64,000 bases of DNA from Basidiobolus meristosporus CBS 931.73 (taxonomy: Eukaryota; Fungi; Basidiobolomycota): positions 1-64,000 of the forward strand of contig MCFE01000390.1 of NCBI GenBank assembly GCA_002104905.1. The letters are read 5' to 3'. The notes beneath the pieces were generated by a model that was not told the origin of the DNA, did no database searches, and saw nothing but the letters and a program-made list of their open reading frames with translations. Position 1 is the first letter of the stretch. The number at the start of each line of letters is the position of its first letter. Positions 25,880-36,360 of this stretch are shown piece after piece. The translations under genes and the position numbers were made by a program.

Positions 25880-27554
25880 CTTCACTAACATCTGAATATT
25901 GTATTTCATTCTAGGCCATCATGCTCTGGCATTTACAAGGCTATAGCTTCCCTCAATCCCAAATCAGTCTTCTGGATGGCACCTTTTGAGTAAACATTTA
26001 TTTGAGTAAGGCACAATCAGTCTTCACAGTGCACTTGACTCCATCAATACATCATCTGCAGGTCTTCAAGCAGTGTATTATTGCAAGCATCTCCTTCTCA
26101 TACACAGGATAGTTTTGTTCTGCTGAATTCAGTTTCTTGGATTCAAAGGCAACAAGGCAGTCCTTTCCCTTGTGTTCTTGGCTCAACACTCCACCAATTG
26201 CATAATCTGAAGCATCTGTGAACAGAGTAGATTCTTTTCTGAAGTAAGGTATTCTTAAGCTTGGTAGCTTAATAAGTTCATTCTTGAGCATCTGGAAGGC
26301 AGTCTCACAAGCTTTGTCCCACTTGTAGGTATTGTCTTTCTTGAGGATATCAGTTAAAAGGGCTGCAATACTTGCAAAGGACTTGACAAATCTCCAACAA
26401 TATGAAACCACTCCAAGGAATGATCTGAGCTCTGCTATGCTATGGGGCTGCATCAGATTCTTGAAAACTTCAACCTTCTTAGGGTCTAAGGTAACTCCTA
26501 TGCTATTCAATATGTGTCCAAGATATTCAATTTGTTCCTTGAAGAATACACTTGAGTGGCTTGCCATAAAGCTTGTTCTCAGTTAGCTTCTTCAAGACCT
26601 TTTTAATGTGCACCAAGTGATCCTCTTCTGTCTTGCTGTATATCAATATATCATCTAGGCAGATTATCACAAACCTGTCTAAGTACTCCTGGAAGGCAGT
26701 CTGCATCAGGGTCATGAATGTTGCAGGGGCATTGGTGAGGCCAAAACACATGACTAAGTACTTGTAATGTCCATATATGGTCCTGAATGCTGTCTTAGGA
26801 ATGTCTTCTGGCTTCACCCTAATCTGGTTATATCCTGGCATGAGGTCAATCTTGCTGAAAATAGTAGCTCCATTGAGTTGGTCCAAAAGCTCATCAATCC
26901 AAGATATGGGGTACTTATTCCTCATGGTTCTGGAGCAATTCCCTTGGCCTTGAAAGCTCCTTCAATCTGGAAGAGCAAAGTTCCCAGGTTTTCATTGACT
27001 CTACCATGTTACTGGTTGACCTTCACACTAAAGTTGCTCTTGACAGGGTTTTGCTGGCTTTGGGTAATGGTAGTCATTCCTTGTTGCTTCTGGGCCAGGA
27101 TTTGTGGCATAGCATTCTTCCATTCTTGATTTTCAAAAATCTTGAAGGAGGCTTCTTCTTTGTAAGGAGAGATATTTCAGGTTACTGCTACTGACAATGC
27201 AACAAGTCTTGGTACAAGAGTTGTAGAGGAATAGGGAGCTTAGCTAGTATTGTATTCACTAGAACTTGAACTGATTTTTATTAAGGTTCCAGCAGCTCCT
27301 TATATACATTTTGCCAGATCATTTGCTGACTAATTGTATTTCCTAATGTAGGCTGTGGCTGATGACTAATTTGATTGCATCATCATCACCCAATAAGATC
27401 CTACTTAATATATCTATCTCTGTCTGACAAGGATCTGCCAATTCATTTGCTGACTAATGCCACTGATTTGATAGAAAATACTGATATACTGATAAGCTAA
27501 ACATATAACTAATTGATTTCACCAAAAACTGATCTAACTTAAACATTCAAGCAG
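25880..27554 (-). mobile_element. Internally deleted Gypsy-B: RNase H/RT, gag start and 5' LTR (27198-27554, truncated by the family-D LTR)
   Basis: ORFs 26052..26567 (FTDASDYAIGGVL) and 26527..26925 (ICLDDILIYS). Confidence 0.85.
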
Positions 27555-27748
27555 TGTAGTGGGGTGACAGTGACACCCACTGATGGATGTGCTCATTCCC
27601 TTATTTTCTATTTCCCTATATCTCTACTACACTTATTTTAGCTTTATCCCATTTGTCTTACCCAATCAGTGCTATCCCATAAGCCAGTTGACTATCACAC
27701 CTGCTTACCTTATTGCATAAGTTACCCCTTGCTTTATGTAAGATTACT

Positions 27749-27960
27749 AGACTTCTTCCATCATTCCCGCTGATCATAGTGCCCAATAGTGCCATAGCAT
27801 GCCAGATGGTGACCAATCATGCCACAGAGTGCCAGATGGTGCCAACACAGTGCCAATTTGGGATCAAAATTGTCATGCATATGACCCTGATATATCAAAT
27901 CAGTAACAAAATATACAGCACTTTCTGGTACTATGATCAATGGCACAATGGAACAAGTCT
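27749..27960. mobile_element. 212-bp MITE of the PHIS family, TSD ACT
   Basis: agacttcttcc...ggaacaagtct flanked by act/act; empty site agattactagctataag at ~29817. Confidence 0.9.
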
Positions 27961-28559
27961 ACTAGCTATAAGTGCTTCTATATTAGGCAAGTACCTGTGC
28001 CAGTACCCATGACACATGATCAACCCATGTCACTATCCTACCATATCCATACCATATATGGTATCCCCATGTTACACAGGTTTCAGAATACTGATTCCTG
28101 ATTTGTTGGATGTGCTGTGCCTCTTAGAACCTTCTGGCACCTACTTAGAACATTGTTAGGTTATTCTGATGTCATTAAGATGAGCACCTCTGTCAGTGGG
28201 TGTCACTGTCACCCCACTACAGTGTCCTTTGAGAAGACAATGTACTAAAGCTTCCAAAGTCAAAACAACTGTAAACTCCACCAGCAGGGACTTGATAAGA
28301 ATGTAGCTGTGGTCAATAGTTACAAAGACCGAAAAGTATCTTTGCCTCTACAAGAACAAACTTGGGAAAGAATCACATATAATAAAAGATACCTACTCTG
28401 AGTATTCCTCACAAGTAGTGCCTCCAAGGTCAGTTGGCTGTCAGCGCGGTTTCCTGGCAGTGTCCTGTGGTCTGGGGTTGGAAGTTGAGGTAGCAGCAGG
28501 TAGCAGTGATCACACTAATCAACAAGTTGGTATATTGATAAAAGGGATGATGACTTATT

Positions 28560-29293
28560 AGACTTGTTCCATTGGATAGTGCCACATTGAGCCATGAGTG
28601 CCAAATGATGCCATAGTGTGCCAGGGAGGCCAAGTGAGCCTATACTTGGCCACAGAGTGTGAAACACAGCTCTGCATCTTCATGCAAAGCAGCCCTTGTG
28701 TTTCACCCATTGAGCTGGAGAAAATCCATTTTTTGACCTTTTTTTCTGGATCAACATTATTCAGGATGTGCAAGAGCACAGAAGGACTGAAGACATGCAT
28801 CTGATACTCAATACCCATGACACTCTGTATCTAGCTCTTGTAGCTTGTATCATGTCACAAAAATGAATGGCACTATCTTGGTCCACTGGTACCATCAGGC
28901 ACTATAAGTGTTTGATATAGGTTTTACTTTAGGGCTAATAATTAAATATAGTTCCAGATTGTACCAGTGGACCAAGATAGTGCCATTCATTTTTGTGACA
29001 TGATACAAGCTACAAGAGCTAGATATAGAGTGCCATGGGTATTAAGTACCCAATGCATATCTTAAATCTTTTTGTGCTCTTACACATCCTGCACAACATT
29101 GATCCAAAAAAAAAGGTCAAAAAATGGATTTTCTCCAGCTCAATGGGTGAGCCACAGGGGCTGCTTTGCATGAAGATACAGAGCTGTGTTTCACACTCTG
29201 TGGCCAAGTATAGGCTCACTTGGCCTCCCTGGCACACTACGGCATCATTTGGCACTCATGGCTCAAAGTGGCACTATCCAATGGAACAAGTCT
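28560..29293. mobile_element. 734-bp foldback MITE of the PHIS family
   Basis: Palindrome with termini agacttgttccattggatagtgcc; homologous to 12526-13258. Confidence 0.9.
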
Positions 29294-30469
29294 AATAAAT
29301 CATCATCCCTTTTATCAATATGCCAACTTGTTGATTAGTGTGATCACTGCTACCTGCTGCTACCTCAACTTCCAACCCCAGACCACAGGACACTGCCAGG
29401 AAACCACGCTGACAGCCAACTGACCTTGGAAGCACTACTTGTGAGGAATACTCAGAATAGGTATCTTTTATTATATTTGATTCTTTCCCAAGTTTGTTCT
29501 TGTAGAGGCAAAGATACTTTTCTGTCTTTGTAACTATTGACCACAGCTGAATTCTTATCAAGTCCCTGCTGGTGGAGTTCACAGTTGTTTTGACTTTGGA
29601 AGCTTTAGTACATTGTCATCTCAAAGGACACTGTAGTGGGGTGACAGTGACACCCACTGACAGATGTGCTCATTCCCTTATTTTCTATTTCCCTATATCT
29701 CTACTACACTTATTTTAGTTTTATCCCATTTGTCTTACCCAATCAGTACTATCCCATAAGCCAGTTGACTATCACACCTGCTTACCTTATTGCATAGGTT
29801 ACCCCTCACTTTATGTTAGATTACTAGCTATAAGTACTTCTATATTAGGCAAGTACCCGCGCCAGTACCCATGACACATGATCAACCCGTGTCACCATCC
29901 CTACCATTTCCATACCATATATGGTATCCCCATGTTACACAGGTTTCAGAATACTGATTTCTGATTGGTTGGATGTGCTGTGTCTCTGAGAACCTTCCGG
30001 CACCTACTTAGAACATTCTTAGGTCATTCTGATGTCATTAAGATTTCTATTGATATCCAGAACCTTCTGGAACACCATGATTAGTAATCACTTAGCCAGT
30101 AAGAAAAGTATATCAGGGAGGCTATCCCTCAACAATAAATCATCATCCCTTTTATCTACATACCAACTTGTTGATTAGTGTGATCACTGCTACCTGCTGC
30201 TACCTGAACTTCCAACCCCAGACCGCAGGACACTGCCAGGAAACCGCGCTGACAGCCAACTGACCTTGGAGGCACTACTTGTGAGGAATACTCAGAGTAG
30301 GTATCTTTTATTATATTTGATTCTTTCCCAAGTTTGTTCTTGTAGAGGCAAAGATACTATTCTGTCTTTGTAACTATTGACCACAGCTGCATTCTTATCA
30401 AGTCCCTGCTGGTGGAGTTTACAGTTGTTTTGACTTTGGAAGCTTTAGTACATTGTCATCTCAAGGGAT

Positions 30470-32099
30470 GCTGAACCCAGCACATACTTTTGTTAAGACG
30501 CCCACTAAGTTGGGGATTGAAGCTCAATAGTTTTCCCTTGACAAGCTTGTGACTTTATTCCCCTTCACATTAGATTAGAGACAGAACCCAAGTATTCCTA
30601 GCAAGCTTTTGTCAGAGGTTATTGCACTCAGTGAACACTCCGCACAAAAAACACTTAAGAAGTGTTGGACAAATCTCCCTTGGACTTATACACCACCACA
30701 ACGCTGAACCCAGCACATACTTTTGTTAAGATGCCAACTAAGTTCGGGATTGTAGCTCAATAGTTTTCCCTTGACAAGCTTGTGGCTTTATTCCCCTTCA
30801 CATTAGATTAGAGACAGAACCCAAGTATTCCTAGCAAGCTTTTGTCAGAGGTTATTGCACTCAGTGAACACTCCAAACAAAAAACACTTAAGAAGTGTTG
30901 GACAAATCTCCCTTGGACTTATACACCACCACAACGCTGAACCCAGCACATACTTTTGTTAAGATGCCAACTAAGTTGGGGATTGTAGCTCAATAGTTTT
31001 CCCTTGACAAGCTTGTGGCTTTATTCCCCTTCACATTAGATTAGAGACAGAACCCAAGTATTCCTAGCAAGCTTTTGTCAGAGGTTATTGCACTCAGTGA
31101 ACACTCCACACAAAAAACACTTAAGAAGTGTTGGACAAATCTCCCTTGGACTTATACACCACCACAACACTGAACCCAGCACATACTTTTGTTAAGATGC
31201 CAACTAAGTTGGGGATTGTAGCTCAATAGTTTTCCCTTGACAAGCTTGTGGCTTTATTCCCCTTCACATTAGATTAGAGACAGAACCCAAGTATTCCTAG
31301 CAAGCTTTTGTCAGAGGTTATTGCACTCAGTGAACACTCCACACAAAAAACACTTAAGAAGTGTTGGACAAATCTCCCTTGGACTTATACACCACCACAA
31401 CGCTGAACCCAGCACATACTTTTGTTAAGATGCCAACTAAGTTGGGGATTGTAGCTCAATAGTTTTCCCTTGACAAGCTTGTGGCTTTATTCCCCTTCAC
31501 ATTAGATTAGAGACAGAACCCAAGTATTCCTAGCAAGCTTTTGTCAGAGGTTATCGCACTCAGTGAACACCCCACACAAAAAACACTTAAGAAGTGTTGG
31601 ACAAATCTCCCTTGGACTTATACACCACCACAACGCTGAACCCAGCACATACTTTTGTTAAGATGCCAACTAAGTTGGGGATTGTAGCTCAATAGTTTTC
31701 CCTTGACAAGCTTGTGGCTTTATTCCCCTTCACATTAGATTAGAGACAGAACCCAAGTATTCCTAGCAAGCTTTTGTCAGAGGTTATCGCACTCAGTGAA
31801 CACCCCACACAAAAAACACTTAAGAAGTGTTGGACAAATCTCCCTTGGACTTATACACCACCACAACGCTGAACCCAGCACATACTTTTGTTAAGATGCC
31901 AACTAAGTTGGGGATTGTAGCTCAATAGTTTTCCCTTGACAAGCTTGTGGCTTTATTCCCCTTCACATTAGATTAGACAAAAGACCCAGTATTCCTAGCA
32001 AGCTTTTTCCAGAGGTTATTGCACCCAGTGAGCACCCCACACACTACACACTTGAGAAAGTTGGACATATCTCCCCCTTGGACCTTTACACCACCACAG
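30470..32099 (+). repeat. Tandem array of 7 x 233-bp units
   Basis: Unit starts at 30470, 30703, 30936, 31169, 31402, 31635 and 31868; units 1-6 are nearly identical and unit 7 diverges in its second half. Confidence 0.95.
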
Positions 32100-32898
32100 C
32101 AGCAGATCATAACAGAAGCTTATCTAGCCTTATGTGCCAAATCTCAGAATCTGGAACAAACTATGGATTCCACCCTCAGTTTGATATCCATATTCCAACA
32201 AACAATTACCAGCAAGTATGAAAATCCATGATACTTTCCATGTGTCCCTTCTGGAGCCATATTGTAGGAACACCTTGCCAAACCAGCAAGAACCAAAGCC
32301 CCAAGCCATCCAGGTTGACCAGCATCAAGAATTTGAAGTTAAACAAATTCTAGACTCCAAGTATATTTAGTCAAAGCTGTACTACTTAGTAGACTGGATT
32401 GGTTATGGTCCAAGTGACCAAACATGGGAACCAGCTACCCATCTCACTAATTATCAAGAACTAATTACCCAGTTCCACCAGCAATATCCTGCAAAACCTG
32501 CCCCAAAGGGCAACAGAGCTTTGCCTGGAAGAGGAGAATAGTGTCATGATCACATGACAACCATGAACACCCATGCCAAGTTTCAGCTTACTAGCTCAAT
32601 TTCTAAGAGATTCCTTCTGAAACCTTCTACCACCTTCCAGAAAGTTTCTGACCATTCCAAACCATTGTTACACAATGGAGCACTACATGGAAGCTTCCCA
32701 TTGTATTTTTCATAGTCCAGTACCATATATGGAAATACCAGGTCACATGATCAGGTGACCCAATCCATTTCCCCATCCTGATTTGGTGCCTTGCCTTCTG
32801 TATTATTATCCCCAGCACTGCTGCTATGCCTCACCCCACAACCCCATTAGTATTAGCTAATATCTCTTGGCATCAGTATATCGAAAAAGTATATATAG
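32100..32898 (+). pseudogene. Chromovirus (Gypsy) integrase C-terminus, chromodomain, PPT (~32527-32541) and start of LTR (32542-)
   Basis: TNYGFHPQFD, LPASMKIHDTFHVSLLEP and EFEVKQILDSK..*..YYLVDWIGYGPSDQTWEP read in pieces; ggaagaggagaatag precedes tgtcatg. Confidence 0.85.
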
Positions 32899-33853
32899 TG
32901 TTACAAGTCTTGGCATAAGAGTTGTAGAGGAATAGGGAGTTTAGCTAGTATTGTATTCACTAAAACTTGAACTGATCTTTATTGAGGTTCCAGCAGATCC
33001 TTATATACATTTTGTCAGATCAATTGCTGACTAATTGTATTGCCTAATGCAGGCTGTGGCTGAGAACTCATTAGATGGCATCATCATCACCCAATTAGTT
33101 CCTACTTAATAGACTTGTTCCATTGTACTGTGCCAGGGTGCGTGGCACGATCCGCGGTTGCAAAGAACGATCGGGCGCAATATTATAGCTACCAGAAGGC
33201 AGGATCGTTCTTGGACAATTTTGCACTATGCGGGACAATCTCGCACACTATGGCACAATCTGACACAATGAGGTTGGCGCGGATGATTGCACCAACTTGT
33301 AATGTTTGCATCACGTGCGCAATCGGATACCACTATAATGGCAGGTAAAATCTGGTATTTGGATATGTTTCTTTAATGTAAATGGAAATAAATGTGTATC
33401 ACACTAAAAACTACACTGATACTTACCATTTTGGTTACCCTCACTCCAATTGGACGGTATCTCAGTGGTTAGTTGGTCCAAAAGTATCCTGAAACTGGCA
33501 GCCCCCAATTGGCTCATTGACTACTGAAAAAGCTACCTGATTTGCCATTAAATATCCCATTTTGCACATTGAGCAAGTAAATCCCTGATCCTAGTGATTG
33601 GACAAGGTGTCATAGCTAGCACGCAAGCAATCGTGTAGGTGCAAAACAGATCCAATAGCTGCACTGGTAGTACAGATGGCATATATATATGCAGGGTGTT
33701 TATTTATAGGGGTTCTGTCTCAAATGTGAGACAACCTTGATATTACTTATATCAAAAATTTGATGATCACTGATTTGCGATGGCTCGATTCGGATCGCAA
33801 AAAGAAAGGGTTGTTGGGATCATTACAAATGTGCGCAATTCAAAGCAATCGCA

Positions 33854-35116
33854 TCATCTTCTCCTGGGTTTTTTTCTCACAGGGATTACTACTGAAGCAT
33901 TTGGTAGTGACTCACTTTGCACACCTATACTACTTCCTGGCTGACTATCATCTTGGCTACTTGTGTATTTGTAGTCAGTATTTTGCCTCCTAGTTGATGA
34001 GTGCGATGCTGCAGCTTGGCCGCGCTGAATCGCTCCAACTGAACCAACTGAACCGGCCTGTAGTGCCACGCGCTGACGTGTTCTTTTACTTGCCAAGGGC
34101 TCTAGTGCTTGAGGCACTTCATGTTGGTCATCATCAGTCAGTTCACCAGAAGTAACTCGCTGATGGTCAGGCAAGATGGCACGCGCAGGCGCGCCTTGAC
34201 GCGTTGAGATGGCCCTTGGCTGAGTTTGATGTGATGCCGCATGTTGACGCGACTTGGTCCACTCCAATGGACTTGTGTCTAAATGAGCAGTTTGGCAAGT
34301 TCTCGTAGTTTTGCTCTGAAGCGCGCGCGTTGACCCAACGCAGGTTGACTCAATGCGCATTGACTTGACGTGGGGCGTTCTGGTAAAGGGTGTTGGCGTA
34401 CTCTGGACTGACGTGCGCCGGCGCGCTGTGGTTGCAAGAGATGGTAGGGAATCCAGCAAGGCGTGCTGGCGCAATCTGGACGATGTTGCTTGCGGTCTGT
34501 ATTCTTCCTCCTGAAGCTCACCATCTGATTCCTCAAGGTATTCACTTACCCTCTGTCTGATACTTTGGAGCTGTTGCCTGGATGAGTCCTGTGTATATTG
34601 CTCTCGGAAGCCCCTTAGCTCTACTAATATATCACGTAGTACATTAGTCATTTGAGGCAAAAACTCATTCAAAATCTCTTTGGTTCCCAAAGTTGAGGCA
34701 CAAACGGACGCGTCCGGCCCATACTGTACAAATTGCGCGCAAAATTGTTCCCGCGCGGCTTCTTTGTCAAATCCCCTCACTCTCAGCACATTCTTGATTT
34801 CAATACTTGTCTTGTTATATATCTTTTTACATACATCAGCTGGCATCTTGATGTAGAACTCATGCCACAGCTTTCTACTCAAATTCTTCCATCTTTGTCG
34901 ACTCTCTGAGGTATCTAGTTCTGCTAGATTAATCAGTAGTGCCCAAATATCTGTATGAAGGCTCATCATAGACACTTGGGCCATACTAAAATCATTTGGC
35001 GAGAACTCAAACGGATCCAACATCAACTTTTCCGGTCCGGACCGCGCTTGTGAGCTGGGGGATGGGTTTTGTCTGGGTTGTACTAAAGATGAGTTGAGGC
35101 TTGGTATGGGGACCAT
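33854..35116 (-). CDS. Transposon accessory protein (ORF2), 420 aa; weak Myb/SANT-like helix (ESRQRWKNLSRKLW) and a long low-complexity C-terminus
   Basis: Unbroken ORF inside the TIRs; PIF/Harbinger elements typically carry a second, Myb/SANT-type ORF; domain assignment is tentative. Confidence 0.6.
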   Translation of the reverse strand: MVPIPSLNSSLVQPRQNPSPSSQARSGPEKLMLDPFEFSPNDFSMAQVSMMSLHTDIWALLINLAELDTSESRQRWKNLSRKLWHEFYIKMPADVCKKIYNKTSIEIKNVLRVRGFDKEAAREQFCAQFVQYGPDASVCASTLGTKEILNEFLPQMTNVLRDILVELRGFREQYTQDSSRQQLQSIRQRVSEYLEESDGELQEEEYRPQATSSRLRQHALLDSLPSLATTARRRTSVQSTPTPFTRTPHVKSMRIESTCVGSTRALQSKTTRTCQTAHLDTSPLEWTKSRQHAASHQTQPRAISTRQGAPARAILPDHQRVTSGELTDDDQHEVPQALEPLASKRTRQRVALQAGSVGSVGAIQRGQAAASHSSTRRQNTDYKYTSSQDDSQPGSSIGVQSESLPNASVVIPVRKKPRRR

Positions 35117-35709
35117 AGCAACGGATTTGGATACTTATACAGCAGTATATTGGTATCAACCTGGTCTTATATGAAATATATATGAAAACTAAAGTGATTG
35201 TTGAATTTTCCATATATTATGCATGATGCATCTCGGATTGCGTTGACACGGATCAGATCACATCAATCGCAGATTTCCTATTTGATTATAGACCTATGAT
35301 TAAACCATCAATAAAAGTACCAAGGCATTGTTTGCGGATGATTTTTGCGACATAATGATGGGATACATGGCAATTGATGGAGATTTAACCAAAATGTGTT
35401 AAAAATCAGATAAATAACGCAGATTGCACCAAATCAATTCAAACCGCCTCCATATAATCATCCATCAATTTTAATACGACTTACTCATCTGAATGGTCTT
35501 TTCTCATCAATCCCATCACTACCGCTGGATTTCCTTTTGACACACTGGAGGAGATCTATACCAAGTACTGTGGACCATCAACCCCAATCTACTCAAGGAG
35601 ATCCCTTGTTAAGCTTCTCTGCTATTACAAGAACTATTGCCCCACAAGGTTTCATCCCACCATCCATGGCAACAAAAGTCCCAGAAGCTTTCATTCCCAG
35701 CTGACAGCA

Positions 35710-36360
35710 ATGGAGAACCACCTTGCAGAGGGTATGAATGACTTAGAGCAAGCTTGGAATACTAGGTTCAGAAGCTCCAATAGACTTCCATATCCCAGAG
35801 TGTTCAGCAACAGGTTCCATATCAGGAGTATTTTGGATACCTTCCCAGTGAGGATTAACAGACCTTCTAGAGGGCAGAGGCACTTTTATTCTGGCAAGTA
35901 CAAGGCACACTGTGTGAAGTTTCAATCACTGTCTGACATTGAGGGTAATATCATCTGGTTTAGTGGGCCATTTGCTGGAAGTAGGCATGACAAAGCACTC
36001 TGGGTAGAGAATCATCCTGAATTCAGTAGAGGGGAGAAATGTATGGCAGACTTAGCCTATATAGGAGAGGATTGTCAGAGATTAGGATGTATTACAGCTT
36101 ATAGAAAGCCAAGGAATGGTGTGCTTAGCAGGAAGCAGAAGCTCTACAATGAGATATTTAATCATTTCAGAGTAAGGGTAGAGCACATATTTGGATATCT
36201 GAAGAGATTCAGCATATTGGCAGGTAAATACAGAGGAAAGTCATATATAGGAGAAAACAGCAGAATAGGTAAAATAGTTAAGATACTTATTAATGCACAG
36301 TATGTTCATAGAAGAAGACATCCACTGAGAGAAATGTGTCTGGAGCATTATGAAGAGTAA
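35710..36360 (+). CDS. DDE transposase of the DDE_Tnp_4 / IS5-Harbinger-like family (frame open from 35458)
   Basis: Motifs ILDTF, FYSGKYKAHCVKFQ, GPFAGSRHD, MADLAYIG, YNEIFNHFRVRVEHIFGYLK; D, D and E all present. Confidence 0.88.
   Translation: MENHLAEGMNDLEQAWNTRFRSSNRLPYPRVFSNRFHIRSILDTFPVRINRPSRGQRHFYSGKYKAHCVKFQSLSDIEGNIIWFSGPFAGSRHDKALWVENHPEFSRGEKCMADLAYIGEDCQRLGCITAYRKPRNGVLSRKQKLYNEIFNHFRVRVEHIFGYLKRFSILAGKYRGKSYIGENSRIGKIVKILINAQYVHRRRHPLREMCLEHYEE

Larger units (their letters stand above)
27555..30469 (+). repeat. Cluster of LTR-like family-D repeats: truncated copy 27555-28180, inverted segment 28180-28559, tail 29294-29631, full copy 29632-~30469
   Basis: Direct repeats starting tgtagtggggtgacagtgacacccactga; TATA-like and aataaa signals near 30108-30140. 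Confidence 0.7.

Noticed and set aside
27555-28221. TIR element with 29-42 bp terminal inverted repeats
   Set aside because: The right-hand repeat is only the edge of the larger 28180-29673 palindrome, and there is no TSD
30470-32099. CRISPR-like array
   Set aside because: Units are contiguous 233-bp repeats without unique spacers, the context is eukaryotic, and no cas genes are present
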